A stretch of DNA of 64,000 nucleotides from Eledone cirrhosa (GCA_964016885.1 OZ024747.1:54250001-54314000), one strand, 5' to 3'. Positions 28,733-44,442 are shown, numbered from the stretch's first letter. The notes: generated from the letters alone by a model not told the origin. Made by a program: numbers and translations.

Positions 28733-29941
28733 TGTGTGTGTGTGTGTGTGTGTATTGGGCGAGTAAGGAGAATGCAACACTAAGTAACATAAAAAATATA
28801 AAATAAAATAAAATTATTTAAAGTACATTGAAAAAACAAAAAAGTCAAGCACATTTGTTTCTTATTTTGTTTGCTGTTTTATTTGTTTGATCGTCTATTG
28901 GTTAGCTCAATGGCGACACCTTTAGGCTAAAGAGAGAGAAAAATTAAATTGATTTCAAATTATCTCAGTTCAAAAGAGCAATGAAATAAAATTTTCTGCT
29001 CGGGAAAAAATAGCTGAACAGCAACAACAAGATGAATATGAAGAACACAACAACGGAATATTTGACGATAAATGGAAGAACAGCAAAAAGAACAATAAAT
29101 ATAATATTTACAACTACAAACAGTAAGAACTTCCAGAAATGAAATTGAAACAACAAAAGATATTTAAAAATATCTCTATCAACAAAAAACGCTTAGATGA
29201 GCGGGTGACTTGGCGGAACAGTCAAACGTAAAATAAAATACACAAATAAAATATATAGAAATATAGAATTTAACCAGAAAAAATAAAACAAAAAAAAATA
29301 AACAAGCAGAGAGCCATTCGATATTTTCCCCAGAATGCACCAAAAATTAATCTAGTGTGTGTGTATGGGTAAGAGGAATACTGCAAACTAGCTGTTACAT
29401 CACATGACAAAAGTAACCAGGTCAGCTGATATGTTTCAAGGGTAACTGCCCTTTATCTTGGCTAGCGAATAGAATTCGTTAGATGCACTTGGTTACATCT
29501 CTTTTGTTGCTACTTATATATTTTTTTCAATTTTATGATCAATGAGGGTATATCAGATCGATATATTGGACATTTCTCTCTGCAGTGTCCCTCTTCATCT
29601 ATTTATTTTTATCTATTTATTTACTTATGCATTTCTCTGTTTTCTTGTTGATATTTTTTGGTTTAAGTGCATTCTGTATCATTTTAATATTTGTTGTATA
29701 TATATATATTTACTTATGTATTGTATTTGAATGTATGGTTTCCTGTTGTTATTGTTGTTGTTGTCTTTGTTCTTTATGTTGTTGTTATGTTTATTATTGC
29801 AGTGTCCATGGTGGTGGTGGTTACTGTTGCATGAGTAGCTTAATATACGATGCCGTTAACTGCCCAACTCAATTTATTAGCTGTATGCACATATTTATAT
29901 ATATATATATATATATATACATGTAAATATATATATATATA

Positions 29942-30645
<704 letters not shown>

Positions 30646-30648
30646 TAT

Positions 30649-30775
<127 letters not shown>

Positions 30776-31317
30776 TATATACATATATATATATAAATAT
30801 AAATTCTGCGAGAATCGCATTTCGGCTGGTAGAAAAAGCGAAACGAAACGCAAAATCGTAGAAATGCTGGCAAGCGCTCCAATAGTTAAGAAAACTAGAG
30901 TTATACAATATGTTAAAACGCCATATAAACTGAAAAGTGGTCAAGAAGACATTAACCACCTAAGCCAAAAAACAAATCAAGCTAAACAGGTCAAACAAAA
31001 TAAATGATAAAAACAGACCTGGACCCAAGTGGAATTGATGGTAAAATCAAAACGCAGGGTTTCTATCACACCTAAAATCAATAATACTGTCTGCTTAAAA
31101 CGATAAACTTTCAGCATAAAGATCGAACAAGGAACATCACGTTATCAACAGGTATTTTGTTCTGTAACCAACTTTGTGAGTGACGTAGAAACTTTGTAAA
31201 AGCACATGTGTAAGTCACAAGGGGAAATTACAAAGATTTTGGCAAATGAATTCAGTATGTGTATATCATACAAAAAATTGCATTGATACCACAAATCGAA
31301 TAAGCACTCGGGTAGTT

Positions 31318-31396
<79 letters not shown>

Positions 31397-31597
31397 CAGT
31401 GTGTGTGTGTGGTACATATGGAAAGATGAAATATACAGCATTTAGTATAAATACTTAACAAAATAACCTGACTGCCTAAATACAGTTGATTTAGTATTAG
31501 TTTGGTGACAATGACAACAAGATCAAAATGTAAGACAACCACAAGAGAAACAGCAAAGTCGAAACCAATAACAGGAAAACAATTACGATATTTATAA

Positions 31598-31968
31598 TAA
31601 TTGTTTCTACATTTGGCACAAGGCCAGCAGGTACCCAGTGCATTACTGGTACTTTATTTTATCGACCCCGTAATGATGAAAAGCAAAGTTAACCTCGGCG
31701 GGATTTGAACTCAGAATAGCAAGGGCCGTAACTCTATGCTTGGCGCCCGACCCTCTACCGATACTGCCAATCAACACTATAATAATTGTTTCTACTTTTG
31801 GCACAAGGCCAGTATTTACCCCAGTGCATTACTGGTACTTTATTTTATCGACCCCGTAAGGATGAAAGGCAAAGTTAACCTCGGCGGAATTTGAACTCAG
31901 AATGGCAAGGGCCGTAACTCTATGCATCAAAGCATGGCGTCCGACCCTCTACCGATACTGCCAATCCA
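31598..31968 (-). mobile_element. Two tandem tRNA-derived SINEs
   Basis: Copies at 31598-31775 and 31780-31968. Confidence 0.85.
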
Positions 31969-32214
31969 CTGCCATTTTGGCACATATCTATTTAGGACTG
32001 TTAAAATTTCCGGGATCCATGGAGGAGTTCGCCCCAGCAGTGTTTGTCTTTCATCATCTCCGCCCTGTCCCACGTCTCCTGGAGATCAGTGTCTGTCCGT
32101 TGGACATAGAAAAAAAACCAATAACAACAATAAAAACAGCAACGGCAACAAGAGAAACAACTGAGATGACAATTAAAACATTTACAGCAATAATAGCAAA
32201 TACAGCAATATGAA

Positions 32215-32750
32215 CCATAACATCAATGAGTGTCTGCGCAGCACTGATTTTCATTCCTTCAGTCCTACACAGCACACCTCTCATTGATGCCTGATCAACG
32301 CTTTCCACATTACAGTGAAGTTTCAGTGAAAGAGGTGGAGTAGATGAAGAATCTCTGGCCGTGCACGTGTGATGGAAGATAGGAGGATGAATTCAGTTCT
32401 AGGATTGCATTCGGACATCAGAAGAAGGTAGGTATGTATAAAAACCAAGCTGGCTATCTTCAATTCTTTATTCATGCCAACACTTATCTATGGTCATGAA
32501 TATTGGGTAATATTCTGCAAAAGTATAACCTCAAGAAAAAGCAGCTGAAATAAGATCGCCCCGAAGGATCTCTGGAGTAACGTTACTCAATAAAATGTGT
32601 AGATCAAGGAACAGTAGAGCCGCTATATCTCTGATTTGAGAGATTCTAACTCCAGTACTACGGGCATGTTGTTAGTAAATCTAAGGTAAGGATACATAAG
32701 CAGATTTTACAGGCAAAACTAACTGGCTAGAGGTTCAGAAATAGATCCCG
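32215..32750 (+). mobile_element. Decayed RTE-clade LINE RT C-terminal fragment
   Basis: KTKLAIFNSLFMPTLIYGHEYW, AAEIR..RRISGVTL, LQYYGHVV. Homologous to 52900-53415. Confidence 0.7.
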
Positions 32751-34217
32751 AATAAAACAGTTGTATATCATACATATATATATGAACGGGTAAAAAGATT
32801 ACAGCCTAGAAAATTTAAACGTAAATCAACGTTTATTACATGAATGGAATTCTTTATGAGAGGCTAGCAATTCCATAACAGTACTTCCCTGCCTACTGGG
32901 AGCACGAATCTTTAAGGAAATAATTATTCTTGAATATTGAATGCTTGAAATAAAATGAGGGAAATAGATAAACCAGACGCCAAATCATAAATTGAACTAC
33001 TTAACTGCGGACTACATCTCTAGTATTATTTCAATAAATACATCGCTAACAAATCAGACCATACCCGAGCAGACGTGATATAAAGAAACCCTTTTTAACT
33101 TCCATTTTCACAACTAATGCAGCAATTATCTCACAGAGTGCATGACCATGACGTCAATGAATTAATGATAGTTCCGTCTCCAGCATATAATTGGGTTCTT
33201 CCGTATCGTTGGTAAGCTGAAATAGAGTGTGACTGGAAATAATTAAGAAACACAATTAACAACACCAAGTACAAGAACAACAACTCCATCAATAAATATC
33301 AAAGGAAGGTCAACGAAAACAAGGACTACAACTAAAGCAACAACCATTTCAAAAATAAAAATGTCCACAATAAAGTCGACCAAAACGGCGACAACAACAA
33401 AGTCAACCATAAGAACGACAAAAACTACAAGTATTAATGTGGTGTGAGAAATAAATATATACATAAACACCAGGCCCGAACACAATGGAACCAAATTCTC
33501 ATTGTCACTAGCTCTCGCTGTCATAAGCAAATGGGGGACCCGGCAGACAGAAGAGAGGAGACATTTCCCCCGGAGGGTGGTGAGGGAGACGCGCTGAAAG
33601 AGCCATTCCATCTCGCGAGTCTCACACCTGTGTGTAGCCAATTCTGTGCCGATGTTGGTAGAGAGTAGAGAGACCACAATAAAAACGACCACAACAAGGA
33701 CGAGCACAACACCAACATCAACGACCACAAACATTAACAACAAAATGCACAACTACCACAGCTGCAACAACGACAACACCAGCAATGATGATGAAGAAAC
33801 GATAACGATGACATTGCCGACAATGCGGATGATGAAGACAATGATGAACATGATGAGGTCACTGAAGACGGCAATGTTTACAACAGCAAATAATATCATA
33901 ATTTATAAAGAATTCTGTCAAATGGATATTATCAACGTACAATTGGTGTTATGGTCTGTCAAAGGTAGAACTATTAATTCATACAATCTCTCGCTAACCC
34001 TCATCTCTCTCTCTTACTCTCTCTCTCTCCCACTCTTTCTTTCTTCATATCGTTCCCTTTCGCTCTGGTTATTTATCTCTCAATTGCACTCTAACAAATC
34101 TGCATATACACATATGCCTATACATATATCTATTAAAGTACATAAATATATATGTATCTTCATACATATTGCTAGTTATCAACGTATAAGTACACATACG
34201 TACGCACACACAGACAT

Positions 34218-34800
<583 letters not shown>

Positions 34801-35270
34801 TATATTTATGTTTGTAGGTGTGTCTGTATATGTAGAAGCATTCATTCCGACACACGTACACATAGCCAATATATAACACGTTTATAAACTCATGCTACCA
34901 GTCTCCTAGTCTGTCGAAGAACCAACGCAACAACAACAACAAAAATAGCAACAACAAAGTAACAGCAAAAACAACAAAAACAACAACTCTATCGATGAAT
35001 GATGGATCTGTAATTTCACACATCATATAGCAATGGCGGAATGTTTTTCACTGGTCGTCTTCATACGGCCATGATTTTGAAGGAAAATCAATAGGCTAAG
35101 ACGAATATCGATAAATTGGTCAATGACGGTCAATTGTTGGTTCTGAAGTGACAATCATTTTCTCCTCACCTCTTGCACGCTTACATAGTCATACATACAT
35201 GCATACACAATGATATACAGATAGAGACATAAATATATACACACATATCCACGTAGATGCATATATATTG

Positions 35271-35387
<117 letters not shown>

Positions 35388-35646
35388 TACATATATGTGC
35401 ATACATATATGTGGATATATATATATGTGTATGTGAATGTGTATGTGTGTCTGTGTGCGCGCGCGTGTGTGTGCGTGTATGTATATATATATACAGAGAT
35501 AAGGAGAGGTAAGATGAAGTAGCCAAGCATCCATAAATATTCATAGATGCATACGTATATTATACATGCTAACTCACTGACAAACAGGCATATGTACGTG
35601 TATATACGTGCGTGCCGTATGCACGTATATATATATATATATATAC

Positions 35647-35708
<62 letters not shown>

Positions 35709-35866
35709 TATATATAGAGATCGAGAGAGGGAGGAAGGAGAAAAAATGGGACAAGTTAGAGGGGGGGGGGGACCAGAGAAGAATTCGTAGACAGTTTGCG
35801 GGCAAATAAAATAAATTAGATTAAAAGGACTTTTGGGTACAGTAGAAAATAGAAACATTATTGTAA

Positions 35867-35918
<52 letters not shown>

Positions 35919-35994
35919 ATAGAAAAACAGATAGATAGATAGATAACTTTCTTTTAATTTTTATTTTATTTTTATTTATTTTTTTTTATAGATA

Positions 35995-36857
35995 GATTTC
36001 TTTATTTGCCACGAGGGTGCACAAGAGAAGGGGACAATACTAGGACATATGCCGAGGTTTTTACATACTGTCGTGTAAAAAAAATGTTTAATCAAACAAA
36101 TTGAACAATCGAAATCCCCAACAGGGAGGAGGCGTTACACATGGGTTGTTTAATACCCCGTAGATAGAACAACCCTCAACTCCAGGAGCGTGTTGTGTAA
36201 GTGCTCCTTTCCTCCATTCACTCTCTTCTTCAACCTACAGATTTATATACAAAGAAGGTCCTACCAGTCGGGCCATTCTCGCCACATTCACCCATCTTTC
36301 AGTAAATTTACTGGGGTGCAGTACCTCTCTCCCCACTCTGATTCTCCTTCTAAAGTTGTATCTAAAGAAGGGAATGAGTTGTTGCCAGGAGAGAAAGACA
36401 TCTGTCCTCAGTCCTCTCCACCTTGTCCACCATATAACCTCTTTCACCATAGCCACCATACGGAGGAAAACCGCGTCTACTTCGTTTTTTAAATGAAGGT
36501 GGCGGTTTGATGCATACTATTGACTCGGCAGTCAACTGAATTTGTCCCACAAGGGCCAGCAGTTGCTCTGCGTAGTTCCACAAGTCGGTTACGCCCGGGC
36601 AGTGTACAATTGCGTGGAAGACGGTTTCAATGTCCCGCTCGCATTTTGGACACGTCCTCTTTGAAGGATCCCTGTCGGGGCGCCAGTGACTGTAGATTTT
36701 ATCGCGTACTGGTAGAGCTCCTCGGTAGCAATGCTAGGCCAGCGACTTTTGGAAGTTGCCCATAGGTCCCGGGCGGAAATTCCTACTGAACAGACTGGTG
36801 AGCTCGACTTCTTTGACGCTCAGAGTCTCTCCGAGCACGTCGTCGCACTTGTATCGT
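35995..36857 (-). mobile_element. Tx1/L1-clade LINE 3' fragment, copy 1
   Basis: Decayed zf-RVT region. The 3' end AAATAAAGAAATCTATCT runs into (TCTA)n. Confidence 0.75.
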
Positions 36858-36873
36858 ACTATCCTTCTAGATA

Positions 36874-38105
36874 TGTTTCTTTATTAGCCACAGGGGCACA
36901 AAAGAAGGGGACAAAAAGAAAGGGGGAAGTTTACATACAATAAAAACGTGTAAAATAATATCACAAATGCAATTTAAAAAATTAGTCGATTATCCCCAAT
37001 AGGGGGTGACAGTTCATATGGGTAACACATACCCCCGAAAAAATGTGCAACCCTCATCTCCAGGAGTTTGTACCCCTTTCCACTCTTCCTCTTTTTCCTC
37101 AACCTACAGGCTGATATAGAGAGAAGGCCCATTCACTCGGGCAATTCTCGCCACTTTCACCCACCTTTCATAAAACTTGCTGGGGTACAGCACCTCCCTC
37201 TCCATCCTGATTCTTCTTCCAAAGTGGTATTTGAAAAAAAGAATCAGTTGTTGGCCGGAGAGAAAGGTGTCTGACCTCAGCCCTTTCAACCTTGTCCACC
37301 ATACAACCTCTTTCGCCATAGCTATCACACAAAGGAAAACCGCCTCTCCTTCGTTTTTGAAGGAGGGTGGCGGTTTGATCATGACAATGGATTCGGTGGT
37401 CCACCGGATTGGTCACACCCGCGACAATAGTCGTTCTACATAGCCCCACAGGTCAGTGACGCCCGGGAAGTGTATGAATGCGTGCACGACAGTTTCTTCG
37501 TCTCGCACGCACCTCGGACAGATCTTTTTTGCAGGGTCCTGCCCGGGCGCCCATGTCTGTAGAGCTTGTCTCGAACTGGTAGAGCTCCTCGGTAGCACTG
37601 CCAGGCCAGGGACATTTGGAAGTTGTACATCGGTCCTGGGCGGAAGGTCCTACCGAACAGACTGGCCAGTTCATCTTCCTCTACGCCTAGAGTTTCTCCG
37701 AGCGCGTCGTCGCACTTGCTGCGGATCAACCCTCTATAGAATGACGAAGTGGAGTCTCCACTGATCGCCGGGTCCGCCTGCCAGAGGGCTGTGAGCGCCT
37801 GAGCACATTCGATGTGCCAGTCGCCCGTTTTCCTCGGTATTTGCTTGACCCAGATCTGCAGCTCGGTCAGCGAGACGAGTCGTGGGAAGGCTCGCCTCAC
37901 GAACGGGGCCTACACCGGTTGTCTGGTGAGGAATACGTAGAGATGCCGCAGCCTGAGCGCGTGTTTGCGCATCGCCAGCCACGGCTTCCCCAGCCCTCCG
38001 TTAGAAGGGTGTTGGCAGCAGATGGATCTTCTCACCAAAGGAGCCCGCCTCTTCCAAAGGAATTGGAAGAGCGCGCGCTCCATTTTGGTGAGCGTTTTGG
38101 CTGGA
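36874..38105 (-). mobile_element. Tx1/L1-clade LINE 3' fragment, copy 2 (ORF2 C-terminus with zf-RVT)
   Basis: SLAWQCYRGALPVRDKL...CPRC...ETVVHAF...LW, frameshifted. Flanked by the 16-bp direct repeat ACTATCCTTCTAGATA. Confidence 0.8.
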
Positions 38106-38748
38106 TTGTCTATATTGTTTTTGTGGGTGAAACTTTCTCTATCTATCTATCTAACTATCCTTCTAGATAGTTAGATAGATAGAGAACGTTTCACCCACAA
38201 AAACAATATAGACAAATATTTCTCTCGTGGATTACTCAATAGTATTTTCTTTAACTACGACATCATCAACCATACTATCAAAGAACAACAACACTAACAG
38301 CAACATTGACAACACCACGACCATCAGTAGCTCTACTACCTCATCAAACAACAAGAGCGACAGCAACTGCTATAATAGCAATAGCATCAACAACAGCCCT
38401 AACAAAGTAAAAGCAACATAACACGATCACCACTAAAAACAACAACAAATACAACCACAACAACAAACGTAACAACAAAAATAAATGAAAACAACTATAA
38501 AAACATTCTCTGACCCGAGAGTGACTGTTCCTCTTTTTAAACTGACATCTAAAGCAACTCAATAAATTTACTGAAGATTGATGTTTTGTTCATTTTTACA
38601 AGGTTCTCATATTTTTTATACTCATTTTCATTTTGAATGATACAAATAAAGACTCTTTGCTTTGCATCACAGAAAGTCAAGTGGAAAAATATGATATAGT
38701 TATGCCTGGTAACATCGTCTAGAATGGTGTGACTACGTATACACCGTA

Positions 38749-38780
<32 letters not shown>

Positions 38781-38784
<4 letters not shown>

Positions 38785-38864
38785 TAAAACATGTCTATAG
38801 AATCACCAGATAAAATATATTTAAATATATTTTATCTGGTGATTCTATAGACATGTTTTATGAT
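38781..38864. repeat. Perfect 84-bp palindrome next to (TA)n
   Basis: ATCATAAAACATGTCTATAGAATCACCAGATAAAATATATTT followed by its exact reverse complement. Confidence 0.9.
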
Positions 38865-39039
38865 TTAGAGCTCTGATTATTTAATTTATTAACCTTTCAT
38901 TGAGCCACAAAGTGACCCGTTGCAAAACATGTATATGTATATACGTATATATATATATATATATGTAAACATTTATATATATATATCGTTTCTGAATTTG
39001 TTTAGCAAAATTCTTTATCTGAAAACGTGTGTTGAAACC

Positions 39040-39506
39040 GATATTGTTATGCTTTGGGAGGGTCATGTTGCTAATAAGGAACACAGGCACCATTTGTTTC
39101 ACTTCAATTTATTATAAATTAAATTCATAAATTTAAGAATTTATAAATTTCCGGTTGGCTGGTTGGTTCCACAATCAGACGATTGTTCATATATATTGTC
39201 AAAGTTCTTTCGTCACACATTCTGTGACCTCTTCAGTGACTGGGATTCTTTTCTTTGTTTTTGTGCCTCTCCTTTGTTCTGTCCTACGCCATATTGTTTT
39301 TGTGTGTGTTGTGTGCTTAGTTTGCGCATGTGTTACATCCGGGTGTCTGAACTTTGACAATATATGAACAATCGTCTGGTTGTGGAACCAACCAACCAAC
39401 CGGAAATTTATAAATTCTTAAATTTATAAATTCAATTTATAATAAATTGAAGTGAAATCAACTTGTGCGTGTGTTTCTTATTGTCAACATGACCCTCCCA
39501 AAGTAT

Positions 39507-39512
<6 letters not shown>
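39040..39512. mobile_element. Foldback HHR element with inverted arms of about 165 bp
   Basis: 39040-39207 and 39349-39512 are inverted. TA-flanked. Confidence 0.8.
39198..39240 (-). ncRNA. Minimal hammerhead ribozyme
   Basis: Reverse complement: GTCA-CTGAAGA-G GTCAC AGAATGT GTGAC-GAAA-GAAC-TT-TGAC. Decayed relatives at 48-92 and 20485-20525. Confidence 0.7.
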
Positions 39513-39556
<44 letters not shown>

Positions 39557-40159
39557 AACGTAAAATAAGAAAATTATAAAATTAACTTACTTACTAAAAT
39601 ATCACTTCCAACTAATTAGGTTCTGGAATGGAGTAAATATATTTTCCGAAGAAGATATTGAAAAGCATTCCGTCGTCAGGGAAGTCTATTTTCATCCAAG
39701 TTACCAGGCAAAGCGAGGACTCTGGAAACTTATTAAAAAATAATTCAGTGGATAGGAAATAGCAAAGCGTGGACTGAATTCCTAGCCATTGAGAAAATCA
39801 CTGCTTCTACGTCTGTGGCAAATTCAAAAAGAATCAATCACGTGACATCGAGGTTAATCAGTGGAAAGTGGTTTGCTAATAAGACGGCGGCCTACCTACT
39901 ACCATACCAGCAGTCATGGCCAATATTACTCGACAAATAATTTGGAGATAATAATAAAGAATTTATATCTAGTAACATATATATACATACAGATGCATAT
40001 CAATGCTAGCAGATATATAGGTTTTGTCTTAGTAACATTGTGGTTCAATGCATGGGGTTGCAGAACAATAATATAAGAAATGTAAAATAAGAAAATTATA
40101 AAATTAACTTGATATGCATCTGTATGTATATATATGTTACTAGATATAAATTCTTTATT

Positions 40160-40286
<127 letters not shown>

Positions 40287-40289
40287 TAC

Positions 40290-40322
<33 letters not shown>

Positions 40323-40376
40323 ATGATATATATATATATATATATATATTTATTTATATATATATACATATATACA

Positions 40377-40434
<58 letters not shown>

Positions 40435-40445
40435 GATATATATAA

Positions 40446-40540
<95 letters not shown>

Positions 40541-40848
40541 TATTTCGACCATTACTCAACAGAGTACTCGATACTGACGATAGGAGAGCGTGGCTATTCT
40601 AAATGTAGTCCGGGCCCTATGGATGAGCTCTTGCCATTTCAACAGTTTGTTCAAGAATCAGAGGTCGGGACTTTACATCTCTCTCTCACTATCTATCTCT
40701 CTATATATATTACCCACTCTACTACTCTAAGTATTGAGTACCCTGGTGCTTTATGGTTCACCTGGTATCTTACCACACACTGAAGATATCCATGGACAAA
40801 CTATTGCAAGACAGCTTATTTAGTATAAGTAGAGTTTCATAAACTTAA

Positions 40849-40938
40849 CATGAATGTACAGCCCTTAGTTTCGGGGTCACGCTATGGTCACCATTATATA
40901 ATGGCTCTTCCAAACTGGTCCCTCATCGGGCACTCATG
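40849..40938 (-). ncRNA. Degenerate hammerhead motif
   Basis: Reverse complement: CATGAGTG-C-CCGATGA-GGGACCA...TGACCCC-GAAAC...GTA-CATTCATG. Core U>C change. Confidence 0.45.
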
Positions 40939-41045
40939 TTCTTTACTATTTTGGTCATATTGGTCTCATTGCATATCTTTGTACTGACGTCATTTTTGCC
41001 TTACAACACTTTCAATCCAGCGACCCCCTTTCAGTAACCACACTC

Positions 41046-41104
<59 letters not shown>

Positions 41105-41106
<2 letters not shown>

Positions 41107-41376
41107 CAGTTCTATTTAAATTGTTGAGATACAACAAGCAAATATTTTTATAACTGATATAAAGCACTCAACAAATATTTGGAGTAAATATACTATCCGG
41201 GAGCTTCCAACAGTAATGGTTGCATTCTTTAAGGGTATGTCAATATTTATTTATAAAACTGCTCTATATTATATTTTATCTGATGAAAGCACACCATAAT
41301 TTAACTTGGTGTCCTTGAAATATGTATAATGAAATAAATATGGTTTTATAAATATAGTTTCCATTTGTTAATATCG
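41105..41376. mobile_element. Family A copy 2, internally inverted, with hammerhead at 41273-41335 (+)
   Basis: ATTTTAT-CTGATGA-..ACACCA/TGGTGT..-GAAA-TATGTA-TA-ATGAAAT. 41194-41376 is inverted relative to 43754-43938. Confidence 0.8.
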
Positions 41377-41458
41377 TATATATATATAATCAAAGTTTAG
41401 CAAATTAAGAAAAACTTTTAAAATAAATTTTAAAAAGTTTACTGTACCTACTATATTT

Positions 41459-41542
41459 ACCCTTACCGCGCGGTTTCAAGTCTCAAAATAAATGGATAAT
41501 CCATACGGAACATCATTGAGAAGGAGACTTTCGTCAGAGGGT
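41459..41542 (-). ncRNA. Intact type I hammerhead ribozyme with an 8-nt GC palindrome
   Basis: Reverse complement: ACCCT-CTGACGA-AAGTCTC-(loop)-GAGACTT-GAAA-CCGCGCGG-TA-AGGGT. Confidence 0.88.
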
Positions 41543-41744
41543 TCTTCTCACTCGGAGAATATAATATTCCCGAGTTCAAATCACGAACTGGCGCCATACA
41601 GAACTGTTCCCGGATGAGAGTGTATGATAAAGAAACAATCTTGTCTAGTGCCGTGTGTAAAGATAGAAGGCAAGGGCGGAAAGGTCAATGTCCTGCCACT
41701 AGAAATAGCAGCAGTTAAAACAACCAAAATATATATGTATAAAA

Positions 41745-41888
41745 TGGTAAACATAAATAAAAACACAATCGGTACAGTATATGGAAGGTATATATTAGGT
41801 TAACGCTTGCTATAGCAGGAAGAGGGTTTTAACATTTTGGACGCTAGTCCTTCATCAGAAGAAATAATGAGAAATAAAATAGATTGAG
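41745..41888 (-). mobile_element. Family E element, reverse complement of 27240-27380
   Basis: About 140 bp of homology, including a hammerhead with GAAA>AAAA. Confidence 0.75.
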
Positions 41889-42081
41889 GGGACGGGCGGG
41901 ATGGAATTGAAAAAAAATGTCTTTAGATAAAAATAACAGGTCCATTCATGTTGATATCACTTGCAAAACTGTTGGTGCTGGCGTTTTGTGTATGATATGT
42001 TTTTTTAGAAAAGTGGATGATGGCTCGCGTCTACCTGGAATGGAAAAAAACCGTTTTATAAAAAGAGCTATACTTGAGCAC

Positions 42082-42183
<102 letters not shown>

Positions 42184-42421
42184 ACCTCTCTACCCGCGTG
42201 AAATCATTTTTCTCACTGTTTAACGTATAAGTGTACGTTTTGCTTTCCTTTAAAACATTGATGGAGTGGGAAAACCATCGAATGTATTTCGGTCCTATTT
42301 TGAATGTATTTCGAATGTATTTCGGTCCTATTTTGGTTTCAACACATATATATATTTATATATATATATGTGTGTGTGTGTGCGTATGTGTGTGTGTGTG
42401 GGCGTGTGTCAGTGTGTGTGT

Positions 42422-42474
<53 letters not shown>

Positions 42475-42971
42475 AGTGTGTCAGTGTGTGTGCGTATATA
42501 TGTTTCCGTATGTTGGTTTTTAAAGAAATGCCAGAGAATGACTATGGCATATTACCTCTTTGTTCGTCTCCTACTTTTTCAAAAATTTTGCAATAGAAAC
42601 TTTTAAATCTCCTCTACCTTATCCTCACCCGTCTACCACTCTTCTCCAGGTGCCAGCTTGGCCACCTATTCTGGTCACATCCAGTTAAATATGCCTTAAT
42701 GTTTATTTAGTTTAATCCACCACATCGGAACCAGCCAACTGCAACAAGAACAAGAACAATAGAATAAACATGTGAAGGAAGATAATTCAAAAGAAACAGC
42801 AAGAAAAGAAAAAAAACAAAAAAACATATGTAATAACAATAACAAGACAATCAATAATAACAAGTTCAGTAACAACAACAACAAATACAACAACATTAAC
42901 TGCAATAACAACAATAGCAAGTGCAACAATTACAATATTAACAGGAAAAGTAACAATAACAGTAAAAACAA

Positions 42972-43445
42972 TAACTGTTTCTATTTTAGGCACAAGGCCA
43001 GCAAATACCCAGTGCATTACTGGTACTTTATTTTATCGACCCCGTAAGGATGAAAGGCAAAGTCAACCTCGGCGGGATTTGAACTCAGATCGTAAAGGGA
43101 CGAGATATAAACTGGAGCAACGTGATATAAAGTGTGCGGTTCAACAGTGGGAGAATCGAACTTACAATCTTACGATTCTAATCCAATGCTTTAACTACTA
43201 GGCCACATGCCTTCACATGCACACTTATATATATATATTACTAACGATTCCTAACGATCGACTTTCGTCAAATCGGACCGAGGAAACAGTGTTTCCATTG
43301 GTCTTTCTAATTGCTAATACTATCTATCGGTCGCAACTCCAGGTAGAAGGAGCAACGTGAAATAAAGTGTCTTGCTCAAGGACATAATCGAACTCACAAC
43401 CTCACGATTGCGAATCCAGTTCTCTACCCACTCAGCCACACGCCT

Positions 43446-43447
<2 letters not shown>
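42972..43447 (-). mobile_element. SINE cluster: major SINE (42972-43101) and two CORE-like SINEs (43110-43217, 43253-43447)
   Basis: Similarity to the copies at 14724 and 16682. Confidence 0.8.
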
Positions 43448-43506
<59 letters not shown>

Positions 43507-43573
43507 GGAGAGAGAGAGAGAGAGAGATATATAAGTGTACATGTGAAGGCATGTGGAGGCATATATATATGAA

Positions 43574-43666
<93 letters not shown>

Positions 43667-43667
<1 letters not shown>

Positions 43668-43933
43668 ACAGTTCTATTTAAATTGTTGGGATACAACAAG
43701 CAAATATTTTTATAACTGATATAAAGCACTCGACAAGTATTTGGAGTAAATATACGATATTAACAAATGGAAACTATATTTATAAAACCATATTCATTTC
43801 ATTATGCATATTTCAAGGATACCATGTTAAATTATGGTATGCATTCATCAGACAAAATACAATATATAGCAGTTTTATAAATAAACATTGACGTACCCTT
43901 TCAAAATGCAACCGTTACTTTTGGAAGACATCA

Positions 43934-43938
<5 letters not shown>
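43667..43938 (-). mobile_element. Family A copy 3, with hammerhead at 43796-43857
   Basis: Reverse complement: ATTTTGT-CTGATGA-..ATACCAT/ATGGTAT..-GAAA-TATGCA-TA-ATGAAAT. (TA)n on both sides. Confidence 0.8.
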
Positions 43939-43977
<39 letters not shown>

Positions 43978-44331
43978 TCTTATCGCTGTGGTCTTGGATT
44001 TTCTTACCTTAAGTTGATCGCACATTGCTCGGTTTGTTATTTTTTTCGCTGTTTTTTCCCTTTTCCCTTCTAATTTCCTTCCCTCCCTCCTCCGTTTTCC
44101 CAATAACTTACCCAGGTATTGAACGCTCTGGGCGGTAGATATCTTGTCTTTAAAGTTTGGAAATATCCGAGACCTCCAGTAGACAACTGATGAGGAAAAC
44201 TACTCACCCCCGTTCTTGCTTTCTTCTTACTCTCACTCCATTTTAAGCTACCTTAACTAGCAACTACACAGCCAATCCTATTCTCTCTCTCTCTGTATAT
44301 ATATATATACACACACGCACACACACACAGC

Positions 44332-44363
<32 letters not shown>

Positions 44364-44442
44364 CACACACACACACACACACATACACACACATATAGAT
44401 ACATGTATATATATATATATATGTAGACATACACATACACAA

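Noticed and set aside
44186-44212. CTGATGAGG as a hammerhead core
   Set aside because: There is no properly placed stem II, GAAA or closing stem I.
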